A stretch of 64,000 nt of DNA from NCBI GenBank assembly GCA_951406725.2, contig OX597824.1, forward strand, positions 83,638,001 through 83,702,000. The letters are read 5' to 3'. The position numbers were made by a program, and so were the translations under genes. Below, in pieces: positions 27,293-40,087 of the stretch. Every line of letters starts with the position of its first letter. Position 1 is the stretch's first letter. The notes below the pieces were generated by a model that worked only from the letters and a program-made list of their open reading frames with translations, was not told where the DNA came from and did not search any database. This DNA comes from Octopus vulgaris (taxonomy: Eukaryota).

Positions 27293-27482
27293 GAAAACTA
27301 CTTGTGTTTACGGAAAAAAGTCTGGGATGGTTCATTGGTGCCAATCCAAAGTGAGTGGTTTGAGCGTATTCTAGAGAGGATTCCAGAGAAGCTGAAGAAC
27401 TTACCAAATTCTCAAGCAGTGCTTAGTGATATGTTCGAAGAGGTTGTAGCAAACTATGAAAGTAGTATGAGAATATCTCGAG
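27293..27482 (+). CDS. DNAH12: DNAH12-like coding exon 4
   Basis: Acceptor TTTTTTCTGTTAG; ENYLCLRKKVWDGSLVPIQSEWFERILERIPEKLK...FEEVVANYESSMR resembles DNAH12 LVPIQQEWL...IPESLK...EVSSDFENSM; donor GTGAGT (phase 1). Confidence 0.92.
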
Positions 27483-27969
27483 GTGAGTAAAAACAATAGA
27501 TATAGAAAAATAAAAAGAAAGCTATTTGTAAAAACACCTTTTTTCTTCCTTCCTTCCCATAGAATATAAATGCCATCAACATAGGCAGCATGTGTCTTTC
27601 AAGTCTTCCCATGTTGCACAATCCTTTCTACTGGATTCCAGCTCTATCCATCTTATTTCTCTGCAAAATTGGTGAAATGGTTCTTGGTCCTACTGGTTTC
27701 CCAAGAGATGAGAGTCCTCTGATTGTCATCAGACAGCCTAGGTGCGACTTCTTATATTTGAAGGGCATCAGTTGCTTGATGTCAACTATCTCTTCCAACC
27801 TGCCTAGGATGGGTTCTATCTTTGAGACAGAGTTTATTTTGCTCAAGATTGGTAGGTCTCTTCTGTTATCTGTTGCTGTTTTCATAGCAAGAAATGTTTT
27901 TCTTTATGTAGCTGGGCTGCTAACTCTATAGCAAATAGTCTTTGTGATTTTGTCTTTGTCTCTCTCTCT

Positions 27970-28175
27970 TTATTCTTTTACTTGTTTCAGTCATTTGACT
28001 GCGGCCATGCTGGAGCACCACCTTTAGTCGAGCAAATCGATCCTAAGACTTATTCTTTGTAAGCCTAGTACTTATTCTGTCGGTCTCTTTTGCTGAACTG
28101 CTAAGTTATGGGGACGTAAACGCACCTGCATCGGTTGTCAAATGATGTTGGGGGGGACAAACACAGACACACAAG

Positions 28176-28223
<48 letters not shown>

Positions 28224-28392
28224 CATATATATGACGGGCTTCTTTCAGTTTCTGTCTACCAAATCCACTTAAGGCTTTGGTCGGCTCGAGGCTATAGTAG
28301 AAGACAATTGCCCAAGGTGCCATGCAGTGGGACTGAATCCGGAACCATGTGGTTGGTAAACAAGCTACTTACTACACAGCCATTCCTGTGCC
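27970..28392 (-). mobile_element. SINE family A, full length
   Basis: Reverse complement of 7293-7700. Confidence 0.9.
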
Positions 28393-29019
28393 TAGCAAGC
28401 AATGAATACACCAGTCTTTGTAACTTCTTAAGGGAATCCTGCACCTCCTAGGGTTTTTTAAAAAACTTTCTGTTATACATAGCACAATGATTACAAGGTG
28501 ACAGCTTGATGTATTAACCACTATGTTACTGAGCTAACAAGGGAACTTCTATGTGCTTGTTTGCTCAGAAATATTAACGAAGTCCTCCTCAAATCACACT
28601 CCATTGTCTTAAAGCAAAAATAAATGAATAAAAGATAATCCAGTCTTAGCTACACTTTGTCTGAAAAGTAGCCAGGATATATATACTGCGGGGATGTCTT
28701 TGATTACAATTCTAGTGGAAAAGGGCTGACTTAGGAATTTCAACCATGTTTTGTGGTCTGCTACCACAACAGCTCCTTTATAGGATCCAGTTAGCTCAAG
28801 ACATCATCAGGAGGAATCACACCCAGTTTCGGCCCCTACTCCTCTACCGTTTTGATGTGGCAGGGCCCTCCCTTTCGGAGGTGTCTTCAGCTCTTGTGTT
28901 GAGTGCATGTCTTCTTTCTTCTGTTCCCTGGCCTCTTTGAATAATCGCTATACTGGTCTAATCTTCACTTATCTAGATAAGCCCTTTTTATATCTGCATC
29001 ACCGAAATAGTTAATATTT

Positions 29020-29390
29020 AATCTATAATAAAATATTTAGACTAGGGTCTTCATCTTGGTTGCTATAGTTATGATGTTTTAGCTGTTGTACTCTCCAGTC
29101 TTTTACAGGAGCTGTTGTGTTTGATAACAGCGTTGAAATTTGGAACCAAATCCTTTATTAAATCTATGGGATGAGGTAGATTGCTCTCCTTATATGGTAT
29201 GTACAATTGAATGAGAACAATCTACTTTCACCAGATTTAATAAAGTGTTAAGTTCCAACTTCTGAGATTATTACTGAATACAAAAAACACCTGAAGAAGG
29301 CTGAAGATGGAGTGCAATGTCTAAAATGATGTGACTGTAACAACCAAAACCAGGACACTGGTCCTAACATATTTAATAATAATGATTCTT
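29020..29390. mobile_element. Decayed inverted pair of a Penelope-like terminal repeat
   Basis: 29030-29110 reverse complement (CCTGTAAAAGACTGGAGAGTACAACAGCTAAAAC...AACCAAGATGAAGAC) resembles 29290-29385 (CCTGAAGAAGGCTG...CTAAAATG...AACCAAAACCAGGAC). Confidence 0.55.
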
Positions 29391-29453
29391 CATCTCAAGA
29401 ATCCAAATTTAGTCAATATTTTTTTTTGATTGTTGTCTTGTATTTAATTCCAG

Positions 29454-29532
29454 TTCAGCATGTTTTACTGAAACCAGATGTATCTGGATTATCAGAAGAG
29501 GATAATGCAGGACCACCACCACGTGAACCACT
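29454..29532 (+). CDS. DNAH12: DNAH12-like coding exon 5
   Basis: Acceptor TTAATTCCAG; VQHVLLKPDVSGLSEEDNAGPPPREPL versus recalled VQSVLVKPPVKSLEDEGGPLPESPV; donor GTGAGA (phase 2). Confidence 0.92.
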
Positions 29533-29605
29533 GTGAGAACCATATTTTTTTTTTCTTTCATCTTAGTTGTCAGTGTCATCATCATCATTGTCCACTTTTT
29601 CATAC

Positions 29606-29980
29606 TTAATGTCCTCTTCCTTAATGTCCACTTTCTTAATGTCCACTTTCATAATGTCTACTTTCTTAATGTCTTCTTAATGTCCACTTTCTTAATTTCT
29701 ACTCTTTTAATTTCCACTTTCTTAATGTCCACTTTCTTAATTAATGTCCACTTTCTTAATGTCCACTTTCATAATGTCCACTTTCTTTATGAGCACTTTC
29801 TTAATTACCACTTCCTTAATTTCCACTTTCTTAATGTCCACTTTCTTAATGCCCTCTTTCTTAATGTCCACTTTCTTAATTTCCACTTTCATAATGTCCA
29901 CTTTCTTAATGTCCACTTTCTTAATGAGCACTTTCATAATGTCCACTTTCTTAATGTCCTCTTTCTTAATGTCCACTTTT
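29606..29980. repeat. 15-bp minisatellite (TTAATGTCCACTTTC), about 25 units
   Basis: Direct reading; unit equals the terminal motif of family D SINEs. Confidence 0.95.
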
Positions 29981-30772
29981 CCATGCTTTCATCTTGTGTG
30001 TGTGTCATATATTGTCATGGTTACTGTGGCTGCATACCCTTCCTAAAACCAACCACTTTACAATGTATACTGGGTGTACTTCAACCATGGCACCAGCACT
30101 AGAGAGGTTGTCATGTTTTAACCAAGACTAAAGGGTCCTCTTTCAAATTTCCTACCTCCAAGTCGTTACAGTCTCTACAACTTTACTACATTCATAAACT
30201 TACTACGTGCACATGTTTACTTATCCTTATGTGTACTTCACTACAAGATTACACCCCATAAGCTTACTTACTGCACATAAAACACACTATGTTACAAGCC
30301 TTCTACCTCTGCAAGGTAACCCATAAGCTTTCTACACCTAAGAGCTTACTACTTTAACATGGTTACAATCTACATGACCCTATGATGGTCTTACTAATCT
30401 TACTATTTTTAAAAGCTTTTACAAATAGTAACATTACAAATTGTCTGCAAAAAAGAAATGTTAGGCAGAAAAAGTGATGCTAACTGTTTTTTGGGGCTGT
30501 AAAAAGGCCTATGCTACAACATTGTCTCGAAAAGGGGTCTACAATCACAAGTACAGGCTACAGTGAAGTGATGGCCGATGACCTGAAACCAGCAATTTGC
30601 ACTAAATGCCATGGTCTATTGTCAAAATAAGTGTTATTATTACACAGCTATATACACCCACATATGGCCACCTACATCATTGAAAAATTAGGCTTTGACC
30701 TGCTGGAACACCCTGCATACAGTTCAGATCCAGCCCCTTCTGACTGTCTCCTCTTTGGATTACTCAAACATC

Positions 30773-31480
30773 CGTAGTGACGCCAGGTTCCAGACGCCAT
30801 TTCGGGATTTTCATCCATGCCTGCGCAAATATTAGTCTTCCGGAAGGCCTGCTGAAAGCCCCTTATGCGCATGCGCAGTCATCAGCAGCAGCTAGGCTTG
30901 ACCGCTATTCTCTCTCTTTTGCTCCTGCCGCCAACCAAGCTAGACGCAACCAGACAAGCTCCGTGTGAAGGCGAATACGACTTGAAGAATGCCTTCACAA
31001 TTGTGATTCAACTGACTCTGCTGCTCCCCCCCCCCGGCGTCCAGGCTACCGATGTCCAGAGATCATCATCATCATTTAACGTCCGCTTTCCATGCTAGCA
31101 TGGGTTGGACGGTTCAACTGGGGTCTGGGGAGCCCGGAGGCTGCACCAGGCCAGTCAGATCTGGCAGTGTTTCTACAGCTGGATGCCCTTCCTAACGTCA
31201 ACCACTCCGAGAGTGTAGTGGATGATTTTATGTGCCACCGACACAGGTGCCAGACGAGGCTGGCGAACGGCCACGCTCGGATGGTGCTTTTTATGTGCCA
31301 CTGACACAGGTGCCAGACGAGGCTGGCAGACGGCCACGCTCGGATGAAATGCTAATTCCGGCGAAAATAAATTATTATTGTTATTTGCTCAGAGAGTCTT
31401 GTTCCTGCTATTTTTCCTTTCTACAACCATGTAAGGAAATGTGAGGCACCCCAACTAGTGCCAACCAACCACATCCTACA
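30773..31480 (+). mobile_element. Solo LTR (Gypsy-like) containing a SINE
   Basis: Termini CGTAG (TGTAG-like)...CTACA; 4-bp TSD CATC (30769-30772, 31481-31484); AATAAA near 31365; higher GC than the flanks. Confidence 0.75.
31062..31348 (-). mobile_element. SINE family D with (TGA)n tail, probably RTE-dependent
   Basis: CATCATTTAACGTCCGCTTTCCATGCTAGCATGGGTTGGACGG; other copies near 32350-32815(+), 48470-48920(-), 56700-57095, 60150-60540(-). Confidence 0.8.
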
Positions 31481-31916
31481 CATCCTTTACAAGGTTGTTG
31501 ATTTGCTATAGATGAAGAAGTGCTGGGAGGTGATGCATAAATGGCTGCACAACCAGACAAAAAACTTTCTACATCAACAAATCACTGCTGTTCCTGAAAG
31601 TTGTTTTTATACATTCTACAGACTGTTCGAAGCCTACTAACTTTCTACATCTTGTTCTTTGGGTCTTACCTTTAAACACACACACACACACATTTATAAT
31701 AATTGAGGTCGTCACCTCAGTAGCACTTCATGCAGGAACCTGGCTAGCAAAGTGTCTGAATAGCAGTGTAAGTGTTACCTCTTTTGATTGACTGAAAAAT
31801 GATTGGCTATACTTTGGTCAATTATAGGAGCACTTTGCCAATCCAGGGCATATATATCAAATAGGTATGTTGTAATAAATTATAATAATTTATATGTATG
31901 TATATGTACACATTGT

Positions 31917-32215
31917 GGAGGCACATGGCCTAGTGGTTAGAGCAGTGGACTCGCGGTCGAGGAATCGTGGGTTCGAATCTCAGACCGGGCGATGTGTGCG
32001 TTTATGAGCGAAACACCTAAGCTCCACGTGGCACCAGCAGAAGGTAATGGCGAACTTCTGCAGACTCTTTCGCTACAACTTTCTCTCACTCTTTCCTCCT
32101 GCATCTTGCAGCTCACCTGCGACGGACTGGCGTTCCGTCCAGGTGGGGAACCTATATCCCAAGAAAACCAGGAAACTGGCCCTATGAGCCAGGCATGGCT
32201 TGAGAAGGAACAAAC
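31917..32215 (+). mobile_element. SINE family B, full length
   Basis: TGGCCTAGTGGTTAG A-box, GGTTCGAATC B-box, (AAAC)n tail. Confidence 0.9.
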
Positions 32216-32349
32216 AAATATGTACATATGCAAGTATATTATATATGATTGTGTATATATATTGTATTTGTATAATAAAAAAACATATATCTGTTATATA
32301 TATACATATATATATATATATATAAATCGGAATCGAAATTGAACCAATC

Positions 32350-32815
32350 CTATGACTGGCACGCGGCAGTTGCCAGGGCCGCTGGACTGACTCCTGTGCA
32401 GGTGGCAAGTAAAGAAACACCGTTTCAACCCTGTGCTTGAGGAGATCCATTGAGTCAAGTACACCAACATCAAAAATCAATGGAAATTGCAGTTGTGATC
32501 CCTGTCGTAAAAAGCACCATCCGAACGTGGCCGATGCCAGCGCTGCCTTGACTGGCTTCTGTGCTGGTGGCACGTAAAAAGCACCAATCTGATCGTGGCC
32601 ATTGCCAGCCTCGCCTGGCACCTGTGCCGGTGGCATGTAAAAAGCACCCACCACACTCACGGAGTGGTTGGCGTTAGGAAGGGCATCCAACTGTAGAAAC
32701 ACTGCCAGATCAGACTGGAGCCTGGTGCAGCCTTCTGGCTTCACAGATCCCCAGTCGAACCGTCCAACCCATGCTAGCATGGAGAATGGACGTTAAATGA
32801 TGATGATGATGATGA
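32350..32815 (+). mobile_element. SINE family D
   Basis: Ends GCATGGAGAATGGACGTTAAA(TGA)n; internal GGCACGTAAAAAGCACC repeats. Confidence 0.85.
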
Positions 32816-33409
32816 TATATATATATATTGCATGAAATTGAAGTATAAAGCTCAGTAGCTAGTCTTTGATCTCAGAGTGACGTCTGCTTTCTTACATTTT
32901 AAAAATACAAACTTTAGGAAACTGAACAGATTTTTTTCCTCCTCCTAAGAATACTTTCACCTTAAGAAGTTTTAACATGGCATGGCAGATTAAAGTGTGT
33001 GTCTTTGTATGAAGGAGATCAATAACATCAATAAAATCATATAGAAAGAGACCCATGTATAATATATTATGAACATATACCATAAAAATACAGTAGCCAT
33101 TTGTAAGTTTCCTGTAAAATCCGAAATGGATACTAATAGTATTTTTTTTTTTTTTGTTTACATCAAAGTGAATTTTAATTTCAGATTTTCAGACTTTAAA
33201 TTTGATTGAAAATCGAAACATTGATATGAAAATATCAGTTTAGGTCATTAAAATATCTTTAATATCATTTTTTTTCTCGTTTCAGTTGAATAATTTTTGT
33301 TTTCTTCAAATTTCTTTTCCTGTTTGTGAGAAAGAAAAAGAAAAAAAATGTTTTCTGGTTTCTTCTTTTCTTTAACCAAATTAAATTCACTTTCCTCCAT
33401 CTTTGAGAC

Positions 33410-34359
33410 GTCATCATCGTCGTCGTCATCATCGTCGTCGTCATCATCGTCGTCGTCATCATCGTCGTCGTCATCATCGTCGTCGTCATCATCGTCTTCG
33501 CCATTATCATTGTTACTCTTCTCGTCCACCTCGTCATCATCACCATCATCCTCATCACTGTCACTGCTTGCCATCACCACCTCTGTTGTCATCGTCATAT
33601 CATCACCATCGTCATCGTCATCGTCATCATCATCATCATGATCATTGTCATTGTCATCATTATCATCATCGTCATCATCATCACCATCACCACCACCACC
33701 AATACCAACACCACCACCACCACGCCACTACCATCACCACCACCACCACCACCACAACCACCACCACCAATACCACCACCACAACCACCACCATCATCAT
33801 CACCACCACCACCACCACCAATACCAACACCACCACCACCACCACCATCACCACCACCACCACCACCATCATCATCACCACCACCAATACCAACACCACC
33901 GCCACCGCCGCCACCGTCATCATCATCTTCATCATCATCATCACGATCATTGTCATCATCATCATCATTATCATATGTTCACTTCCCTTTTCTAGCATGG
34001 GCTGGATGGGTTGTCACACATCACGTCAATTCTTATTCAGAGGTAACTGCCCCTCCCCTCAACAGGTTGTGAGCCACATCCATTGTTGGCATGGTATCTG
34101 AATGTGAAAGCCTTTTCCTACAGCTAACCACTTTACTGAGTCTACTGGCTGCAAGCAGTGTCCTTCATTACCAGTCTTCTATGGGAAAGCACATCTGGCC
34201 ATGGGGAAATACTACCTTGCTTGGAAACAGGTGAGGGTGGTCGGCAACTGGAAAGGCATAGGAAAATCTGCCTCATCAAATTCTATCTGATGCTGATGGT
34301 GATGGCAGCGGTAGTGGTAATGATGATAGTGATGGTGATGGTGGTGATGATGGTGGTGG

Positions 34360-34391
<32 letters not shown>

Positions 34392-34600
34392 GTGATAGAA
34401 GTGATGGTGGTGGTGATAGTGGTGATGATGATGGTGATGGTGATGTTGGTGTGTCAATGTGTTGATGAAGATGATTATTATGATGGTGATGGTGATGACG
34501 ATGATGATGATGTCAGTATTTCAGTGTGTCGATGATGAAGATGATTATAATGATGATGGTGATGATGATGATGGTGATGGTGATGGTGATGGTGATAGTA
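33410..34600. repeat. (TCA/TCG/CAC)n tract followed by a complementary (GAT/GGT)n tract
   Basis: Direct reading: 33410-33975 and 34295-34600. Confidence 0.9.
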
Positions 34601-35676
34601 ATATGTGTGTGTGTGTGTGTATTTGTGCATATATACACACATACATATAATGGTTTGTAGCACTAATATATATATCAGGAAAATGGTTAAGTTATAATTA
34701 CATTAATAGTTATAATTATATTAGCGTTACATGGAGTTTCATGTAAGTAATGGCTTACACTTAAGAATGTAATCTTGTTAAAGTCTTGAACAAACTTGTT
34801 AAAATGTTATAATACATTATAATATGTTAGCACAATAACCTGATTATGGATGAATCTGAAATTATTTCCATATAGGAACATATTTGTCTTACCCGCTTAA
34901 TACCTCTAAATTATATGAATCCGGTATACATATATTGTACATTCATGTGTGTGTGTGTGTGTGTGTAGTGGGGGATGTAGGCATGGCTGTGTGGTAAGAA
35001 GTCTGCTTCCCGACCACATGGTTCCAGGTTCAGTCCCACTGTGTGGCACCTTGGGCTAGTGTCTTCTACGGTAGCCTTGGGCCAACAAAAGCCTTGTAAG
35101 TGGATTTAGTTGATGGAAACTGAAAGAAGCCTGTCATATTTATATATATACATACACAAAGCACACATGCACACACACACCACATACACACACACACCAC
35201 ATACACACACACACCACATACACACACACACCACATACACACACACACCACATACACACACACACACACACAGATATCTATTTACACACACACACACACA
35301 TACAGTTTATGGTATCTTTGACTGGCAATGATACCATAAATTGTACAGATTATTAACTGCCGTAGCTACTTTGTTTTATCAACTTGGGAAGGTTGAAGGT
35401 AAAAGCTGACCCTATCAGTTTTCGAACTGGAAACATAATGGGGTTGGGTTAGTGCCCTTTATTTAGAAGTAAAGGTTTCGAATTCAAATCTTCTCAGAGA
35501 CTATTTACATATCAAGGAATATGAGACATCTAATGAGTTTAGTTCATTTGTCTTGTGTAGGGGAGAGAAAAAAAAAAGAAACAAGGAATTTTTGTTTTCT
35601 GACAAGTAAATAAATAATTTGCACTGATACATTTTGTCTTGTCACATCATCATCATTGCTATCACCACCGTTGTCA

Positions 35677-36197
35677 TCATATATATATATATATATATAA
35701 AACTGTAGTTGTGTGAGTGTCTGTCCCCTTCGATTTAGATTCCTTACTCCCACATTTTGCGGTGCAGTTTAACCAAATTCGGGTATCTTATAGTCGTGAT
35801 TCATATCGAGCCCGTCTGAGTATTAGCGCGCGTCTACGATGAGTCTACGATTTTAAAAATAATTTAACATCATTTTTTATTCCATTTTAATGCATAATTT
35901 TTCGTGTGTCAATGGCGGCGGAGTTGGCATCCACGGTCACACCTGCACCTGTTTGCTTCTCCCCTTCTTCCCTCCCTCGTGAAGCTGTGGGGAAGGGAGT
36001 GTAAGGAAATCAACGTCGTAAAGTGTTGTCAAGGAGACCAGCGTTCTTTTAGAACAACGACTTCATGGCTTGAAGACACCAAAACAGAAATGGCTAAGAA
36101 AGCCTGAATTGGCATCTATAAGGGAAGTAACTCTCTAAAAATGCTTATAGAGTTATTTCCATTACAAACCCGAGCAACGCATGGGCGATACTGCTAG
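35677..36197 (+). mobile_element. Non-autonomous Helitron, second copy
   Basis: A|TC(AT)n start; ends CCCGAGCAACGCATGGG-CGATACTG-CTAG|T; close inverted match to 26347-26853. Confidence 0.9.
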
Positions 36198-36344
36198 TAT
36201 ATATATATAGTAATAATAACAATAATCCTTGGATGGAATTTATAAATATTTTAATGCATCGCTACACGTGTTTCCACAAATCACATGTCTCTTAAGATCA
36301 CAGTCTACATTCCTGGGATGATCTCAGTAAAGTCTGTAGTATCC

Positions 36345-36868
36345 ATCATCATCATCATTGTTCGACCGTGGTCGAGACAATGGAATTTACCATGCTACGC
36401 CAGACTTCATGGTCCATCATGGCATTACGGAGGTCCTGTTGCTGGAAAGCCTGTATCCTTGGAGATTACATCAGGGTAGGAGAGTGTGCGCCCTCTGGTA
36501 TCGCGAGTAGATGGCTTCCAGAGGAGAAGAGTAGAAATTACCTCTTTTTCAGCTCTACAACAATGTCCAGCAAACTGGACTCTCCTACTTTCACAAGAGA
36601 TGACACAGGTAGTAGTTTCCTGTATATTTGCATTTTGGTTGGATGGCACTTCCACAAGAGATTTTGAGCTCTCATAAGGAGGCGAGTGTAGGTCCCATCC
36701 AACTACCTCTCAAGCTTCTTTGATAACGTCCAGGTTTCTGAGCCATATAGTAGAATTGGTTCGACTGTGGCTTTGAAGATTTCAAGTTTGAAGTCTCTAC
36801 TTAGATTTGATGACCAGATCTTATGCATGTCATTACAGGCTGACCAGGCCATACCCTTTCTAGTTAGA
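36345..36868 (-). mobile_element. RTE LINE 3' fragment
   Basis: KIWSSNLSRDFKLEIFKATVEPILLYGSETWTL...VQFAGHCCRA; (TGA)n tail. Confidence 0.9.
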
Positions 36869-37037
36869 AAGTATCCATGGGCATTGAGTAGATCATCTTC
36901 ATGGATTCATTTCTTCGGGTGATATTACATTAATGGATGTTTAACTGAGGGTTGTTTATCCCTTTAGACTTTGGCTGGCATAATGGAATCGGAGCATTAT
37001 TTGTATATTCAAAATGTTTCCCTTAAACAAATTTAAA

Positions 37038-37071
<34 letters not shown>

Positions 37072-37074
<3 letters not shown>

Positions 37075-37470
37075 CACAGGAGTGGCTGTGTGGTAAGTAG
37101 CTTGTTTACCAACCACATGCTTCCGGGTTCAGTCCCACTGTGTGGCACCTTGGGCAAGTGTCTTCTACTATAGCCTCGGGCCGACCAAAGCCTTGTGAGT
37201 GGATTTGGTAGACGGAAACTGAAAGAACCCTGTCGCATATATATGTATGTGTATGTGTGTGTGTTTGTGTATCTGTGTTTGTCCCCCTAGCATTGCTTGA
37301 CAACCGATGTTGGTGTGTTTATGTCCCTGTCACTTAGCGGTTCGGCAAAAGAGACCGATAGAATAAGTACTGGGCTTACAAAGAATAAGTCCCAGGGTCG
37401 AGTTGCTCGATTAAAGGCGGTGCTCCAGCATGGCCGCAGTCAAATGACTGAAACAAGTAAAGGAGTAAAA
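37072..37470 (+). mobile_element. SINE family A, full length
   Basis: Matches 7293-7700; ends about 60 nt before the exon 6 acceptor. Confidence 0.9.
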
Positions 37471-37530
37471 GTGTATATATATATCAGTGATTTCTTTTTC
37501 CTCTTTATTTCTATGATAACTGAACCACAG

Positions 37531-37689
37531 TGGTCTTAATTATTCCAAAGAATGGCACAAGAGGTTCAAAATTCATCGCAAAGCCATTCAGCAGAACCTA
37601 CACCTTTTACATCCACTCACACAGATTCTTTTGAATGTCTGTCAGACAACATTAAGTCACATGACTTTATTAAACTTATCAGGGCTCCG
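37531..37689 (+). CDS. DNAH12: DNAH12-like coding exon 6
   Basis: AACCACAG|T GLNYSKEWHKRFKIHRKAIQQNLHLLHPLTQILLNV...LLNLSGLR versus GLDYSNPWH...NLHIIHP; donor GTGAGT (phase 2). Confidence 0.93.
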
Positions 37690-38689
37690 GTGAGTACATA
37701 ACACTTTCTGCCTCTATTTTATGTCAGTAATCTATGTTTTTATTTTTATTACTAATAGCTTTTCATTGTGCTCTGTTTGCTTTTGAATTTTTTTTAGTTT
37801 TTATATTATTTTGTCTAATTTATAATTTTTGATATCTTTGTATTATAAAAAAAAAAAACAAAGAGAGAGAGAGAGAGAGAATGAGGATTGTTTGGGAATT
37901 ATCAATCTTAAGATATTTCTAATTTTTTTTCAATCATTTTCTTCATGAATAATTTATATAAGCGCATAAATATTATAGTTTAAATTTTATTTGAATTTCT
38001 GATATATAGAAATAGCATTATCACACAGTGATAAGGTAGCAAGCTGGCAGAATTGTTAACACATGGAGTGAAATGCTTTGTTGCATTCTTTCTTGATCTT
38101 AATGTTCTGAGTTCAAATTCAACTAAGATCGACCTTGTCTTTCATCCTTTCGGGGTCAATAAAATAAGTAGTAGTTGAGTTCTACTGGGGTTAATATAAT
38201 GCTCCCCCTGCTTGCTAAAAATTGCTGGTTTTGTACTGAAATTTAAAACTGTTATTACACATTACTGGCATGGGATCCAGTCCGATGCCAGTGTCCCCTG
38301 ACTGGCTCTTGTGCCAGTGGCACGTAAAAAGCACTATCCAAATGTGATCAATGCCAGGGCTGCCTGACTGGCTCCCATGCCAGTGGCACATTAAAAGCAC
38401 CATCCGAACATGGCTGATGCCAGTGCCCCCTGACTAGCTCCCATGCCGGTGGAACGTAAAAAGCATGCTAATGATTCTGCCGGCTTGCCATCTTTTAATA
38501 TTAAGTCAATCAATAATATTGAGTGGGTTAATAAATGACGGTAACATCAATATGGATTGACCGACAAGTTTATATTGAATGGGTTTAAAAAGAGATTAAT
38601 ATTAACCTGGTTAAAACAGGTGATTGTTGGTGCCAGATGCTGTTAAGGACCAAATTCTTACATTCATTCTTTCATGCTTTTTTGCTTAG

Positions 38690-38773
38690 GGCTCAAGGTG
38701 CTATAGAATTAGGAACTTTGAGGAATATGGTTATGTTGGAACTGGAAAAAGCTAATGACAAATTAAAGAACAG
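38690..38773 (+). CDS. DNAH12: DNAH12-like coding exon 7
   Basis: Acceptor TTTTTGCTTAG; AQGAIELGTLRNMVMLELEKANDKLKNS; donor GTAACA (phase 2). Confidence 0.9.
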
Positions 38774-40087
38774 GTAACAGCTTTCTTTCTTTCTTTCTTT
38801 CTTTCCTTCTTTCTTTCTTTCCTTTTTCCTTTCTTTCTTGCTTTCTTTCTTTCTTTTTTCCTTTCTTTCTTTCTTTACGTTGTTGTTGAACCCCAGGTCA
38901 GCTCTGGTAGAGCAAATGTAAGATCAAAAGCAACTTCCGGCCCCTTTATTTGTTCTTTGACCCCCTCCTCCTCATCTCTTCCTTACATGAAATCACCCCA
39001 ATTTCTACTGTAGCCCCTATCAGCCAAAGTGCAAACTGCATGGCACCCTCACCAATCCGGATTCTACACACACACACACACACACACACGCATTCACGCA
39101 TGACACACATACACACACTGTACTTAGCACACTTTGAAATGGTCAACTTTAGGAAAGGCATCCAGTGGTAGAAAGTATACCATATGAGGCAGTGGATCCC
39201 AATGCAGCAGCCCTCAAACCTTCCACATCTCGTCAAACTGTCCAGTCTATGCCAGCATGGAAGACAGACATTAAATAATGATGATGATGATGACGACGAT
39301 GACGTTGATGATGGTGATGACGATGATGAACATGATGATGATGCTACTACCACCACTGCCACCATTGACAACAGTGATAATAATTTTTTTACATTCCTGA
39401 TTTTCAGCAAAAATGAGCTCTGGTACAGTTTCAGGTGGGGAAAAGACACACTTGTTAATCTTTCACCTGTCCACTCAGATGGTAAACATGAGCGGTACAT
39501 GTAATTCAAAGTGCCAGCCTTGTCACTTCCCTGAGAACTATGTTAAGGGTACATTATGTCTGTGGAGTTCTCAGCCGCTTATACATTTAATTTCATGAGC
39601 AGATTGTTCCCTTGATTAGATCAACCATAGCACTTGTCGTCATAAATGACAGAGTTCCAGGCCAGTCTGTTATTCTTGGTACACCCATCCATATTTGGAA
39701 TCAAGGCCATGGACTCTTCATTTAGGGCAGTATTTCAGATAAAGTTGTGGACATTTGGAGATATTACTTGTTTGGCCAATGATTTGCTCTGAGACCACAG
39801 TTAGTGTGACAAACATTTTGACACAGAATAATAAATGTTTAAGTGAAGTTGGTAGATCTTGTGTGTTTTTCAAAAGGCTAATATCTACCTTTTATGCTGT
39901 GATTGTTGTGGACATTGTTTTCTGGCTATGTCTTATTTGACCCTATAGCGTTTAAACTGGCCATATCTGGCCCAAACATTTTACCTGTTCTTTGTTCAAA
40001 CTGGCCCAATTTGGCTCCTCACATCTACCCTATAATGTATCTCAAAATGAAAGATCACATCATCGAAATCTTGAAGCTACAAGATAC

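Larger units (their letters stand above)
30440..31610 (+). mobile_element. Mariner transposase pseudogene split by a solo LTR
   Basis: KKVMLTVFWG and LGFDLLEHPAYSSDPAPSDCLLFGLLK (HPPYSPDLAPSD motif); resumes after 31484 with FAIDEEV..VMHKWL. Confidence 0.85.

Noticed and set aside
29533-30102. Pentapeptide ORFs (NVHFL)n / (KKVDI)n and CRISPR-like periodicity
   Set aside because: Products of a 15-bp tandem repeat; no spacers or cas genes; eukaryotic intron
33403-34650. Poly-His/Thr/Pro/Asp ORFs
   Set aside because: Trinucleotide repeats open in several frames; the exon chain is complete without them
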